DNA from: a virus
Lineage: Duplodnaviria > Caudoviricetes
Virus record (IMG/VR): IMGVR_UViG_3300033061_001635
Location: 32,001 to 96,000 of that record
Length of the DNA stretch: 64,000 nucleotides
Strand: one strand, 5' to 3'
Shown: positions 35,790-49,400 of the stretch, piece after piece
Layout: each line of letters begins with the position of its first letter
Numbering within the stretch: the first letter of the stretch is position 1
The notes under the pieces: model-generated
What the model was told of the DNA's origin: nothing
The model's database searches: none
What the model saw: only the letters and a program-made list of their open reading frames with translations
Translations under genes and position numbers: made by a program

Positions 35790-38700
35790 ATGAGCTATCA
35801 TATTCAAAAGGTATTAATTCCCATGGGAATCCAGTAACTATGGAATCTGTTTTATTCTCTATCCTGTCAACACTGCCAAAAAAAGATCTAAAAATCATTT
35901 CATTTTGTAATTTGAAAAAATCTGGCAATGGTGCATATTGTAGTTGATTATTTTGTATATTAAGAGCATACCACACATAAAAACTATTATTTATCGGTTC
36001 TGGCATATCACCAAAATCAGTAGGTATATCTGGTTTACCTACTCCTTGTCTATAGTTATTCGTTGTTCCGGGACGATATATTGTTGTTAATCTATCTACG
36101 CCACGCAATAGTCTTGGTATTTTTTTTACCATTACCGATATATTATTTTGATCGAATAGATTTACAGTTGCTGCTATTGTAGTTGGCTTTCCCGTTCTGT
36201 CGCCATCTTGTAGTAAGCCAATTCCTCCAGGACTACCGTTGCTACCATTGCAAGGCGGCATACCCGGCAAACTAACAGTATCAATAGTTTCAGGAGCAGG
36301 AGTATAGTTCTGTACTGGTATCTTATATGTTTCTTGGACTATGACGATTATTTCTTCATTGGGTAATGCATCTTGAAATGCATCCCGATAAAAGGTTTGG
36401 TCTCCATTAATATTAAAGGTTCTTTTTTTTACAATCTCTTTCCAAGAACTAATAGCCGATCCATATTCAGATTGTATTCTAGTCATTTCTTGATTAACAA
36501 ATGCTTCATCAACAGTATACGTATAATCCTGACCCTGAATGCTTGGACCACTATTCTTAAAGGTCATGTTTTCTCCTTGCATATCTGATGGGGCCTTAGC
36601 ATTACAAACATTATCATTAGCATTCCGTGACTGAGTCATACCATAGTTTGAAACTTTACAACTATAGGCAGTTTTTACTAATACTTTTGGGTTTGCTTCA
36701 TAATCCGGGAAACATCCTTGATTAGGATCTAAATTAATCCAATAGTGATTTTCGTTTAATTTTTTGTATTCTATGGATATAGGCCCAGTACCAGATATTA
36801 CGGGTCCGTATTTTGGTAAAACATCAGTATTAATTTTTAATGGATGAGCATCTGGTAAACTTGATCTTAAAGTAGGGATGTTATTTATTAATACTGTTTG
36901 ACTTCTTATAAGATCAGCAATATCGTACTCCTCCTGATATAGCTGTTCCATTTTATTAAAAGTATTTTTTTTATGACAATTTGTAAATGATGTAGTCGTT
37001 CTAGAATCACAAGATCCAGAATCGGCAGGCAACGAATTATAATGTTGAACAATATATTTTAAATTATCAGATGCTAAAATAGTAGATGTTCGATCAGGCT
37101 TCCCAACAATATTATCTAATGATGTTTGTATGCCAGTATTTGTAATCAGATTGAACCTGTCTTTTAATGTTGTTAATTCAGAGCTGGTAATGCTTCCAAT
37201 TGGTATATGATTATAATAATCTCCTTCTACCTCTAGTATGCCACTTTGAACTCCAGTAGGCAAGGTTTGATTATAGTATGTACGAATAATAGATATATTT
37301 TTAGGCATATCGTTATATGCTGATGATAAATTAAGATTTTCAAATATTGCCTGTTCTTTTTCTCCTGATGCAATAATTACAACTTCTCGATTTAATTTTT
37401 CTGTTCTATAAAGCAATGGCTTAACGAATTCATCTTTGCTATACGAATATCCATAAGTTTTGCTTGCGAACCACGCTGGAGACGGGGTTAAATTAGTTAT
37501 GCTTTCGTTTATAGTCCCAGTGCCTGATGGTTGAAATAATGTAATTTTAGCATGTTTAATTTTGTCGTTCTCATGGTTATTTAATATTTCCGAAATATTT
37601 TTTAATTTATTACTACAAATATTATTTGATAATACATTCTTTTCTAAAAATATTGAAGCATCACCATATGATCCTATGGAATTGCATGTAGATTGCAAAT
37701 CAATAGTATCGTTTATCGTTTTACTAGTATTATTTAAGCCCCATATATTATATTTGTTTTTGACTTTGTCTTGAACTGTTGTTTCGTTTTTATAAGTTAA
37801 AAATATAGTATCATTATCATTAGGACACATGATATCATAGCCCGACTGTATAGGGCTAGACATTACAAATACTGAATTATAAGTATTATTTTGCAATATT
37901 AAAGCTTTTTTAGCTATTGTATTAGATAAGGTTGTTGTTCCAGACATCAGAATAATAGAATCATTATAACTAAAAATATCATATGGTATTCTTCCAGACA
38001 TGGTTATCATTTTATTCCCGCTAATATCAACATTAATAATATCATTATGCCAAAACTGTTGAGTAGAACTACCAAAAGACAAAACTGCATTTTGACTCAA
38101 ATATAAATTAGCTTTATTGAGATTTTCAAATTTATTACTGGTATTGTTGGCATTTGTAATTAGTGCAGCGGTTTGACCAGCTAAATATAATCCACTATTA
38201 ACTATATCATATAAAATATCACCACTGTTAACAACTGTATTGTTGTAAGAGTTTGGGGGATTTAAAGCAGTACCATCAGAAACCCCTGATATATTTTTAA
38301 TAAATTTGGGATCTATTAATTCTTTATATGATGTAATTTTTTTATATGTAAATTTTCCAAAGTTGTTATGTCTAGATAATCTAACAAATTTATATTGATT
38401 ATTTTTTAATATTGGAGTATTATGATATTTAAAAATGCTCGCCTCGGCAGTATGCCATAAAGAAGTAGGTGTTTTAAAATTTAATAGAATTTTTTCAGAA
38501 GACCCGAACGGATATTTTTTATAGTCAGGCATCCATACGTCTTTACCTTCGTTTTCTAATTCTGTAGCATATGATGTTGCTCTTAAAAATGATATTATAG
38601 CTGAGTAAGCTGCATCATTATTTATTCCCGCAATACCAGCTAAAACTCCAACAGCACCCATACCTCCCATTGCTCCGGCAGCAGCAGTAGAAGTCATTAT

Positions 38701-41700
38701 AGCAAGAATAGCCCAGCTTGGAAATTGTGGAGGCTTTTGCACAGTTATTGATCCAGTAGGATCATTGTCTGGACTAGAGCACATATTTTCATCCGATATG
38801 CAACAGTGGGGAGCATTATAATTTGCCAAAGGCAATAAGTGTTTATATGCACTTAAATCTGCAATAAAACTATGTCCATTATATATTAAACCTTTTTTAT
38901 AATCTATTAATGATAAAACATCACTATTTCCATAGGATGTTAAACTAGGTTTAGTTTCTGGTACAAAGTCTCTTTCTTTTTCGGTATGTAATATCAGTTC
39001 CCAACTACATAAAGAGTTTGATATTAAGCTAGATTTTGATATATTTTTGACCGTTTCAAACTCAGATAAATATTGAGCATTAATTGTATTATCTCGTGGA
39101 ACCATATCATCTTCTTCATCTAAAACCATTATATTTAGTTTAAATTTTGTTTCACCATCTAACGAGCCTGAAACACATGATGATGTGGGAGTGTTTCTAA
39201 ATAAAGAATCTGAAACAAATTTATTAAAAGTATTATTACTAATATTTAAATTATTTAATTTTATTATTGAGGAATGATAACAGGCTTGTCTATCAGAAAA
39301 CCCCGTTGCTGCTGTAGTTGGTAAAACTTCGTGATTATTTTGACAAATTGTTTGTTTTGATCTTATTGGATCTAGGAGATAAGAATATTCAGAACCAGAT
39401 GCTGCGCTATAATAGTTTTGAGAATTAACTATTTCGTATGGAGAGTTATGTTTTGAGGCGTGGTCTGAGAATTTAATACTAAAATTATATCCATTATTAT
39501 ATAATGTTTCCTGATTTAATAAAACTAATTTAAAATTACTATTATCTAGTCCAGATACGCTATTAAAGTTTAATAAATTCTTGAGATAGTCATTTAATCC
39601 AGAATTTGATAAAATATTAATTTTACTCTGATTATATGTATAGTCTCCAAAAAATACATTCTGATTTATGGTTTGATTAATAAAATCCTTACTTCTTAAT
39701 AGTAAAGGAGAATCTGTAGCTTCTGCTCTGGCGGCTTTTTCTTTTGAGTCATATTCTACATCCAACCATACTATAAGGTTTTTAGTATTAACATAATTTA
39801 AAAAATTTAATTTAACTTCAATATCTTTAATGCTTAAATTATTAATTTTTGGAATTCTCTTATTTTTTGATCCGACAACACTAGAAAATGGTCCTGTTAC
39901 TGCAAATTTATAATATGAAGTATCTATTTCTTGCATATATTCAAACTCGTCATTAACTACTGGATTATTATTAGAATATAAAGATTCGTAATCTTTTGGT
40001 TCTCCCTTATTTAGTATTCTATAGCCATGACTACCATTAAAGATGCTTAAATCAATGTCCGCATAGTTTTTATGTAGTTGATTTGCAGCGTCCGTTCCTG
40101 CACAACACTCCCAACGAACTCCATCTGAAATTGATAACGATATTGTACTAGACAATATTTTAGGTATTGTCTGATTTGCAACTAAGTCTGATTGATTAGA
40201 TTTTAATCTATCTATTTTTGGTCCTATGAAACTGAAAGAGTCACGACCACCAGGATTGAATTTTAGTACGGATGATTTATTCGCATGAGCAGAATATAAC
40301 CTGCCGCTATGTGGTATCCATCCGCTGGCAGGATGAAATATTCCTTTAATAAAAGGCATTTTTAAACCAGAGCCATCTAACTGTATAGACTTTTGCATAC
40401 AAATTATATTTGGCTGATTTAAAGGATGTCCGGTAACATGTGGTAATATAGTAGGATTATTACTAACTATAGGACTAGGAACATTGGGCAAAGCTGTATT
40501 TTCTGATGGTTTGGTTAGACCAGTAACATTTATTCCTAGAGAGTCTAAAAAAGATCTACTATATCCACCATAACTTTTAATTGGTGGAGCAAATTTAGTA
40601 GATATTTGAGGGAAACTATAAGTGCTAGAGTGGCCCTCCTTTACAGTATCAACGCTTTTATACCCATTCCATTCTGGTCGATATACATATTTTTCTAGCT
40701 CAAAACTACCCCCAGCGCCCTCCTGTCCAGAATACTTATTCTGTCTTAATGTAACATTGCGATTGACATCCGTTTCTCCACCATTTAGATACTGATTGCT
40801 TTTTTCTACAGTAATTTTAGGATAATACATACTCAAACACTGAGAGCATTTAGGATCATCTGTTCTTATTCTTTCAAGATATATGCTGTAAAGTTTACCT
40901 GTGGTATTATTTGGCTTATATTGAATACTAAGTACTGGACTATTTCGTAGTGTAAATGTATTACTAAAGTCAAAAACACATTCTGATCCCATATTGTTTA
41001 TTTCCGATAGCATTGTTGTACCTAATCCCAAATTACCCAATGATCTTCTTGTCGCACAGTTTGTTTGTATTGGAAGAAAAACTCCAGCAATATTATTAAT
41101 TGCAATTTGATTAAATTTAATAGTATTACATAGTATATTGTCTTTATCAATGACCAAAGGAGCTGGCCATTGATTAATTGCTATAGGACTTATCCAAGAT
41201 TTAGATGTTGGATCCCAATATTTGCCATATTGCGCTTCATTATTCAAATTTTTCCCATCAACAACATAAAATGTTTTGTATTTAGTAAATGAACCAAATG
41301 GCGTAGATGCTGTACATTTGATAGTATATTTTCCGGTATATTCTGGATAAAACTGAGTTTTATGTCCAAATCCTGTCGCATTTCGATAGTCTGTGCCCTG
41401 AAAATTTGTTCCAAAATATCCCGTCCTGCCGCCAACCTGTTCCCAAACAAAAGACATAGACTGTTCTAGATATGAGTCGGGTAATCCAATAACATCACTT
41501 TGCGGAGTCCCAAGATCGTGACCAACAACTCGATCAAAACTGTTCAACATGATACCTACAAGTTCTATGCCATTATCATCATTATTTTCGTTACGTATTC
41601 CTTGTATTCCTTTAAATGTCCGAACCTGTAATGGTGGAGAGCCATCCTCCCCATCGTTATATAAATTAGATATATGAGTAGCGTATGGATCAGAATTCAA

Positions 41701-43404
41701 TTTTATTTGAGCATTTAGATCAACCTGGGCATAATAAATATTATCCGGATTATTTAATGCCATTGTTACTTCTGGTTTATATTCAGTATCGTCCGCTCTA
41801 TAGAATTTTTGAACATATCCTGAATATGCAATATATGGTTTAAAAACAGAAGATTGACCATAAGTATTAAAAGAGGGCCTTGCAGTATTGTATAAAGGTA
41901 TTTGTATCAATAGTGATGCGTCATTAGTGTTAGTAATATTTATCAAATTCTGTCTTGTATCAAATACTGTAGAAATAACAGTGTTATCAAATGTTATAGT
42001 TTGATTATTGTATAATGTTAGACTATTAAAAGGATCCATTTGACCAGATAATGTTTTATCACAATAATACTCGATATTTTGGAATATGGATATTGCACGG
42101 TTATCCACTTTTAACTTATCGGTTTTTACTGTAAAGGTAGTATCAGTAGTAATATTAGCATAAGATCCATATTTTTGAAATAATTTATAAAATAGATCAT
42201 TTTGATTTCTAATTACATTATTATGAATTGTATTTTTAGAAAATTTCGTGTCTAGATATAATGAATCATTAGGAACAGTAGAAATGGTTTTTTGTAATTG
42301 TGTGCTAATATTTATCAATAATGTGTTTAATAGGGCCTGTGATGCGGCCGCATTAGCAAATGCTACCGTGTTGACATACTGTGTTATAAGATTCCTTATA
42401 GGAGTAGTATCTAGGGCCTTAATAGAGAATTCAGTAATAAACGGACTAGTACTTAGAGCATGAGCCAACGAACGATATAGTCTAGATCTTCTTAAATTCT
42501 TTGGTTTAATATTTCTTTCTTCATCTAGTGTTATAATTCTATATATTAAATTATAGCTTTTGTATAATGAAGACGATATGTAAGATTTAGGGGGTATATT
42601 ATTAGTTGATGAAAGAGTCACGTCCTCTGTATTATCATAATAAAAAAAACAATCTCCATCCGGAATCCAAAAGGTAGGATTTAAATTATTATCTTTGGTG
42701 GTGGTCTCTGTATCTTTTTCTTTATGAGCTAACTTAAAGGTTGCAGTTGATGATGCTTCCACTATGGAAGTATTTGCTTCAGCATTAAACGTCCAAACAT
42801 CATTTTGAAAAATTTTACTAGGATTACTAATGTCATATAATTTATTATCGTTTAATTTAATATATATTTTATCAGTACCGGTTGATGGTGTTAATCTGGA
42901 ACCATTAGGGAATTTATCAAGAGTTTGCGCTTTACCATCCATAATATTTGGATTATCTGAGAAATTATTATATCTATACCAACATAAAATTCCATAACAT
43001 AAATAATATGGTATATTAGAGCTATTTATTATCCAATCTATACTCATATTAGCAGTATTAGAAAATGATTTAAAATTACCAGTAAAACTATAAAAATTTT
43101 CTATACCTAATCTGCAACTCTTTAAATTAGGATTAGAGTTGTGATAGCTTCCATATGATGATAATAACTTTGTATTAATATTAGTATCATTATTAATAAA
43201 GATTGGTTGCCAAACATCTAATAAGGTACTATTAGCAGCCAAAGAATTTAACGTACTATATTTTGATGTTAAGTTACCAGCAAGACCAGAATCATAATTT
43301 AATTGATTATTAGAGTTCAAACTGAATGGTAGCAGATCATCTGATAATGAGTGCTTAAGCACATTACAGTAATCACTATTATCTAATAATATAGGTTTAA
43401 ACAT
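35776..43404 (-). CDS. Giant virion/tail protein (2542 aa) with PKD-like and proprotein-convertase P-domain-like segments
   Basis: SFVWEQVGG...TGKYTIKCTAS (PKD-like), IKDIEVKLNF...NLIVWL...WELILHT (P-domain-like), and a Gly/Ala-rich hydrophobic segment; AAGGA RBS. Confidence 0.65.
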   Translation of the reverse strand: MFKPILLDNSDYCNVLKHSLSDDLLPFSLNSNNQLNYDSGLAGNLTSKYSTLNSLAANSTLLDVWQPIFINNDTNINTKLLSSYGSYHNSNPNLKSCRLGIENFYSFTGNFKSFSNTANMSIDWIINSSNIPYYLCYGILCWYRYNNFSDNPNIMDGKAQTLDKFPNGSRLTPSTGTDKIYIKLNDNKLYDISNPSKIFQNDVWTFNAEANTSIVEASSTATFKLAHKEKDTETTTKDNNLNPTFWIPDGDCFFYYDNTEDVTLSSTNNIPPKSYISSSLYKSYNLIYRIITLDEERNIKPKNLRRSRLYRSLAHALSTSPFITEFSIKALDTTPIRNLITQYVNTVAFANAAASQALLNTLLINISTQLQKTISTVPNDSLYLDTKFSKNTIHNNVIRNQNDLFYKLFQKYGSYANITTDTTFTVKTDKLKVDNRAISIFQNIEYYCDKTLSGQMDPFNSLTLYNNQTITFDNTVISTVFDTRQNLINITNTNDASLLIQIPLYNTARPSFNTYGQSSVFKPYIAYSGYVQKFYRADDTEYKPEVTMALNNPDNIYYAQVDLNAQIKLNSDPYATHISNLYNDGEDGSPPLQVRTFKGIQGIRNENNDDNGIELVGIMLNSFDRVVGHDLGTPQSDVIGLPDSYLEQSMSFVWEQVGGRTGYFGTNFQGTDYRNATGFGHKTQFYPEYTGKYTIKCTASTPFGSFTKYKTFYVVDGKNLNNEAQYGKYWDPTSKSWISPIAINQWPAPLVIDKDNILCNTIKFNQIAINNIAGVFLPIQTNCATRRSLGNLGLGTTMLSEINNMGSECVFDFSNTFTLRNSPVLSIQYKPNNTTGKLYSIYLERIRTDDPKCSQCLSMYYPKITVEKSNQYLNGGETDVNRNVTLRQNKYSGQEGAGGSFELEKYVYRPEWNGYKSVDTVKEGHSSTYSFPQISTKFAPPIKSYGGYSRSFLDSLGINVTGLTKPSENTALPNVPSPIVSNNPTILPHVTGHPLNQPNIICMQKSIQLDGSGLKMPFIKGIFHPASGWIPHSGRLYSAHANKSSVLKFNPGGRDSFSFIGPKIDRLKSNQSDLVANQTIPKILSSTISLSISDGVRWECCAGTDAANQLHKNYADIDLSIFNGSHGYRILNKGEPKDYESLYSNNNPVVNDEFEYMQEIDTSYYKFAVTGPFSSVVGSKNKRIPKINNLSIKDIEVKLNFLNYVNTKNLIVWLDVEYDSKEKAARAEATDSPLLLRSKDFINQTINQNVFFGDYTYNQSKINILSNSGLNDYLKNLLNFNSVSGLDNSNFKLVLLNQETLYNNGYNFSIKFSDHASKHNSPYEIVNSQNYYSAASGSEYSYLLDPIRSKQTICQNNHEVLPTTAATGFSDRQACYHSSIIKLNNLNISNNTFNKFVSDSLFRNTPTSSCVSGSLDGETKFKLNIMVLDEEDDMVPRDNTINAQYLSEFETVKNISKSSLISNSLCSWELILHTEKERDFVPETKPSLTSYGNSDVLSLIDYKKGLIYNGHSFIADLSAYKHLLPLANYNAPHCCISDENMCSSPDNDPTGSITVQKPPQFPSWAILAIMTSTAAAGAMGGMGAVGVLAGIAGINNDAAYSAIISFLRATSYATELENEGKDVWMPDYKKYPFGSSEKILLNFKTPTSLWHTAEASIFKYHNTPILKNNQYKFVRLSRHNNFGKFTYKKITSYKELIDPKFIKNISGVSDGTALNPPNSYNNTVVNSGDILYDIVNSGLYLAGQTAALITNANNTSNKFENLNKANLYLSQNAVLSFGSSTQQFWHNDIINVDISGNKMITMSGRIPYDIFSYNDSIILMSGTTTLSNTIAKKALILQNNTYNSVFVMSSPIQSGYDIMCPNDNDTIFLTYKNETTVQDKVKNKYNIWGLNNTSKTINDTIDLQSTCNSIGSYGDASIFLEKNVLSNNICSNKLKNISEILNNHENDKIKHAKITLFQPSGTGTINESITNLTPSPAWFASKTYGYSYSKDEFVKPLLYRTEKLNREVVIIASGEKEQAIFENLNLSSAYNDMPKNISIIRTYYNQTLPTGVQSGILEVEGDYYNHIPIGSITSSELTTLKDRFNLITNTGIQTSLDNIVGKPDRTSTILASDNLKYIVQHYNSLPADSGSCDSRTTTSFTNCHKKNTFNKMEQLYQEEYDIADLIRSQTVLINNIPTLRSSLPDAHPLKINTDVLPKYGPVISGTGPISIEYKKLNENHYWINLDPNQGCFPDYEANPKVLVKTAYSCKVSNYGMTQSRNANDNVCNAKAPSDMQGENMTFKNSGPSIQGQDYTYTVDEAFVNQEMTRIQSEYGSAISSWKEIVKKRTFNINGDQTFYRDAFQDALPNEEIIVIVQETYKIPVQNYTPAPETIDTVSLPGMPPCNGSNGSPGGIGLLQDGDRTGKPTTIAATVNLFDQNNISVMVKKIPRLLRGVDRLTTIYRPGTTNNYRQGVGKPDIPTDFGDMPEPINNSFYVWYALNIQNNQLQYAPLPDFFKLQNEMIFRSFFGSVDRIENKTDSIVTGFPWELIPFEYDSSYGPM

Positions 43405-43430
43405 TGTATTCGTCCTTTTAACTTAATCTA

Positions 43431-46400
43431 TTATTGTTTTATAGAAGTTAATGTCCATTGACTGTCTATAAAAGAAAAAACTCCTATTTCATTCGTTGGA
43501 GTAGCAAATCCAAGGGGGTTAACATAGTTTACAGTAGATGTTGGAATAACATTACTTCTACGACTGGGAGTATATAATAAATTCAATAACACTTGATTTG
43601 AGCTTATGATTTTCCCCGTTGTTGTTATAACAGGCTTGCTCACTGGCTCATAAAATCCTGTTTTTGAATTATATCTACAGAGCAGTTTTGTTCCTTTTGG
43701 AGCACAGTATCCTGTTTTATCTTTAATATATATTAATCTCCTATATCCTTGGAGTAAAGGCTCGCTACTATATTCTATGTCATCAAAGAATCCTCTTGTC
43801 ACATATGTTTCATTAAAGTCTGGTTGTTTTATTAAATCCTCTTCTAATACAGCATAGATCATTCTGTATATATATTTTTTCTTTGTTTTTTTAGCAATAA
43901 ATTCATCTAAAGTAATAATATCATTAGAATTAGTAATTATATAGGGCGGATCAATTTCTTCTGCTCCTCCTCCTCCAGACCACACCCTTCTTTCTTCATC
44001 CCAGAACAAATCAATAGGACCGACCTTCCATAAGTCTGGTCTTTCGGCCCAATTTAGATAAAATTCATCTAATTTAACTTTATCTGACCATTTACCACCA
44101 CTAAATGTTTGAGTTTTGCTAATGATACTGCCTTTATATCCAACAAATGGTCCATCAGCACCAGGATCAGTTCCTCCATCAACATTATAATTGTCTTTAA
44201 TTTCAAATGAAGTAACTATAGTGTCTTTGCTAAACGTAGCAGGCAGGTAGGTTAATTCCTCTTCGTTGATAGTTTTAACATAATCAGCATTATTATATGT
44301 AAATTGCTCGCCATTAGAAAGATCTTTATAAGCCTTTGCTGTTCCATTAACTTTGATCAGTTGAAATCTTTTTGGTCTTCCATACAGATCAACAGCCACA
44401 GGCTCATCAGCAGCATTAGGAACAGGATATCCATCAGCATCATATCCCCAAGAATGTAATACTAATGGGCCTCTCAATCCAAAAAATCTTTGATTATTTT
44501 CATGTACGATTGTATTTGAAGGGTCTCCTCTTTTTTGTCTTTGACGATATAATCCACTATCTTTACTATAATAATCTAAATTATAAGGACTTGTGCTCTT
44601 ATTAATATTTTTGCTAATTTCTAAATAATATCCTTGTTTGTTTGGAGGAACTGATCCTCTACCAACAATTTCTATAGAATGTCTTGATCTGTCTCGGAAT
44701 ACTCGTCCTCCAGGAATTGAAGACGTTAAATCACCATGTTTTTTGTCTGGATGAACGCCGCTATAATTTTGGATATTAGCATTTTTGAATTCTCCATGAG
44801 GAACCACTATAGGATTAAGAGTAATAAGATTGATTGGAATTGTTTCATTATTTCCAACAGAAAGTTTAGCATTAAGTCTATTAGACCAATCCGTACATTT
44901 ATCACATGCTACACTCAGATTGGGCACAATAGTTTTTGTAGCAGAACCATACTGAGATATTTTGAATTTTCTAACCTTAGTACCTTTGCAAAATGGACAA
45001 AATGCAGTATTGTGTAAAGAATAAGCAAAAGTTGAATTTTTAAATGTAGGATAAAAAGATATTGGAGATAATAATCCATCTAAACTCATTGCTGATTGCA
45101 TTCCATAATCTTTTTGCAACTGATTTTCTACTTCTTTTCTTTCATATAGCCCAACAGTTGTTGTTATTCTACCAATATTCTTCAATAGTGGGGATGACGT
45201 TCCAGCGGTTAACGAAAAATTATTGTTACTATCTAAACCAGGATCTCCGCTAGATCTTGTTAGTTCCCATGAGGTTACATTATTTGATCTTGTTCCAAGA
45301 GTATTAAGGGCTGGACTATTAGCATAAGAAAAATCCTCTATATAATCCGGAGTTCTGGTAGGTTCGTGGATTAATGGTGATGCTTGACCTATTAATACTG
45401 TTGTGGGGCTCCATCCAAATAACTTGGATGCAAAATCATTGCTTCCAAATTGAGCTTGATTTAATCTTTCTTGTAGTAGATTCTCTCTTTCTTTATTCAT
45501 CATGTCATTAACATCTTGACGAACTTTAGCTATTTGTTTTCCTCTATATAAATTAGCTCTATTAATTTTCTTTATTCTATCAGTTTCTATTTTATTAAAA
45601 GCTCCTAGTTTTCGAGTATATGTTCTAAAAGTATAAGTACATGATATTCCTTGTTGTCCAACGCTAGTCTGTATGGATGTGACAATTGGTCCTTCGACAA
45701 AATTAGGACGTTGTCTTAAGTCTATAAGTCTATATTGATAATCAAAAGAACCATCCACACTGTTAGGATATGATATATACTGAACACCAGGTATATAATT
45801 TAAATTTATAGATGGAATAGTTGCTAATCCTTTAACGTCTTTTCCTGTAACTTCGCAATCTTTAATTTCTGCGGGGAGATATTTAACTCCAGTATTGGCA
45901 TTAATGATATTAAAATTTCCACCAAGATCCCACAGGGGCAATCCTGGCATTTCTAATTGGGCAGTTTCCAAAACTGATTGATAATTGGCTCGTCCTTCTA
46001 TCTCATTAAATGCTGCAATATCCATATAATGCATTCCGCCATAATTCCACGGAACAAATTCTTCATTAAAATCGATATCAACAGACGTGATCAGATTGTT
46101 CAAAGCCTGTTTAGCTTTCTCTATAGTGATTGCTGTTGTATTCGTTCTGGTGCAACTAACTAGAGATCCGTTAGCAACAGTTTGTTTTATTGTAAAACCT
46201 GTCGGGAACAGTCCAGTTGTTCCAGGAAAACATTGATTAAGAGGATAATTTGTCCAGGGTCCGTATGTGAATTGATTTGATTTAATTGGTATACCAGCAA
46301 AAAATGGATGGGCCGCTTTAGGAGCAAGCTCAACATTGTTGGCGGTATGATTAGAAGAAACAGTATATAATCCCAAAAAATAAGGATTTGCAACATCAGA

Positions 46401-49400
46401 TATAACAGCAGGACTAATATAGTTATACATAAATCCAATCCAAGCCCAATCCCAACTATCCTTTTGGGTACTTTTCATATAGATCATCAGATCTTCTGCC
46501 GCAACATTAGCTATAACTGTTCTGTTAGGATCTTTGGAATTTTCTTCACTAGTCATATTAATATTAACACCAGGAGAATCTATTAAGATTCTAGGATCTC
46601 GTGGAACCCAATTTTGCCCTACTATATTTTGAGGATTTAAAAATGCAAAATCTTCATCAACTGTTGTAGAAAGAAATAATTTTGATCTGGGTAAAATGTT
46701 TCCTGTATCAGTAATTAGTCTGTTCCAAGCATCATAAGACGGAAGATTAATATTAAGCTGAAGCTTACTAAGACTTGCTGACTCACCATACATTTGTGCC
46801 AAAACAGTAGCTGGAGTTGCTTGGTATTGTTGATCTATCACAACATAATCTTCTGAATTTAAAGAAGAATAATCTATAGAAGGAAATACGTAACTATTTG
46901 TGCAAGTTGTTGTTTTTGCTTCAAATAATGTTAGCCAGTTATTATAGCTAAAATAAGGATTAGCTTCTACGGTCTTCAGTTCATTTGTAGTATCGGCATT
47001 AGCGGCCAAACACTTTGCTTGTCTAACATAATCATAGTTATAATTATTATTATATCCTAATATGGGTTTGATCTTTCCTTGATCATCAGACAAAGTCATC
47101 CATTCTAAACCTCCAACAGTAAAAGCATCGTCAATAATATTTCCATACTCTTCCCAAGCTCCATCATTAGTTGGTTGATAATTATATTTTAATCTTCCAC
47201 CTCCTGCGAAAACGTAACCATAACCATTTCTTGTTGGAAATGCTACTCCTGCTGATGTATAGTCTTTATAGCCACCAAGAGAATCAGCATAAACCATATA
47301 TTTTTTACCATAATACTTAGCAATTTGTGTAATAAATTGATGTATTAATTTTAAATCTTGCATTGCTTTTTCTTGAATATATTGACTACCATCAGTTTTG
47401 TCAGGATGATATATTGTTGGATATAAATCGTCTCCTCCAATATTAGACCCCAAAAGTTTCCAATACCAATCTGTTTCTTCGAATGCTATTTTTTGAGCAT
47501 CTGCCACACTAAGAGACGGGTAACTACTCTTTAACTTATTTCTAGTATCAATATAATATGCTCGTCTAACCATTTCTATAATATCTGGTTTGTACGTTTT
47601 AGATAAAGAATATACAAGAAAGTTATCAAATCCCGCTAATGCTGCTCTAATTTCGCTCTCTGTTAATACAAAATATTCAACAGGATCGTATGTTGTTATG
47701 AATCCAGCATTATCAACAACACTGTTAGCAGCAGGGTTCGCAGGAGTAAACGTATAAGGCATATCAAAAGTATAATTTCCTTGATTATTAACAACTGAAT
47801 TAGCTTCTAAATAAAGTCTTGTGAGTGGAAGATTTAATGTTGGTAATTCTGATGTTCTTATCACCACGGCAGTTTGTCCTGTCCAAGAATCAAACCATAC
47901 AGGCCTTATTTCTCTAAGTTCATTAACAGCATCTTTATCAGTTCCTATTTTTACTCCTATTCTATTATCATTCACAAAACCAAAAAACGGACATATTGTG
48001 TCTAAAAATAATGGTATCCATCTGCCGCTAGATGGTATAGTAATAGAATGGCTAATTTTAAAAGAATTAAGATAATTGCCATTATTAACAGCAATACTAC
48101 TATTTAGTTCATTTGTTTTCCAATCGGTATCTTCCGTAGTAAACGGATTTGTTATTACCATTTCATTCTGATCATTGATAATCTGAACAAAACTTTGAGC
48201 CAATTGATTACTAGTTCCTATATAATCATTTAATAGTTTGTTGCGTGTTGATGTAAAATTTGGAAATCTAACTTTACCATGTCCATATTGGTAATTAAGA
48301 GGAGAAGCTGGCGCGTTATTTACATTGCTTTCGTTTATTGGATTTTGCAAGCTAAAATAATTAACAAACTCTTTAGTACGAGGATTCATTACAAAGTTAT
48401 TTTGACTATATGCTAATCTATAGCTTTTAACTTGATATAATCGTTGTTGTTGTCCTCCAACTAATAAACATCTACTAGGAGTATCATTTTTTTCTTTTCC
48501 AAAAGAATGAGAAGATATTCGATATCCATCACATTCTAAACTTTTGATAGTATTTTCTATTACTGCTGGATGAGGCTGTTTTAATCTTGATATTGTTTTA
48601 ACTTTAATAACATTATATAATCTACCAGTATAAGTTATAGGATCCATTTCTATATTAAAATCATTACCAGATTGTTCTCCTATGATATTTAAAAATTCAG
48701 TTATGCTTAATGATGGTTCATTAATTCTGAAACTGTCCGGAAATCTTTTAATTGTTCTGTTAGCATCAGCCCAATAAACATCATTTAAATCTAATACAAA
48801 TTGACATCTAGTATCATTATTATTAACCATATGTAGAAAATTTTGAGGATAAACTATACCAAAAGTATAACAAGATGTTGTATTATAAATACTAGCAATT
48901 GGCGACTCTTGTTGCATCATTTTTGATATGATACGACCAAAAGGAGAAAATGCTCTTTTTATAGCATAGGCTTCGCGGCCAGTAACAATAGTATCTAATT
49001 TGTGAGTACTATTATGAGTTGTTGAAGTTAATGCCATTAATGCTTGTAATATGCTATTAACACTAATTCCAGATTCGTTACTATGAGCTCCTCCGAAACT
49101 GTTGTATCCTAGAGATTCTAAAAAGCCGTAAATATTAAAAATATTTGGCATAGCTCCTTCGTACAATTGAGTTTTAGTAAAATCTATTCCTTGAGATAGC
49201 AAATAATTTCCAGGAGCACCATAGATTGTGGTCGGTGAAGCTGATTTTTTTCCAAAAATTGATCCGCCATAACTATTTAAAATCATCATACAGGAATTGA
49301 GTATTGACTGAGGGCCGTTAATTATAACGGTAAATCGTCTTCCTCCACTACTAGTATCTTTGGTCCATGACTGAACAAATCCTCCAAATGTAAAATTACC

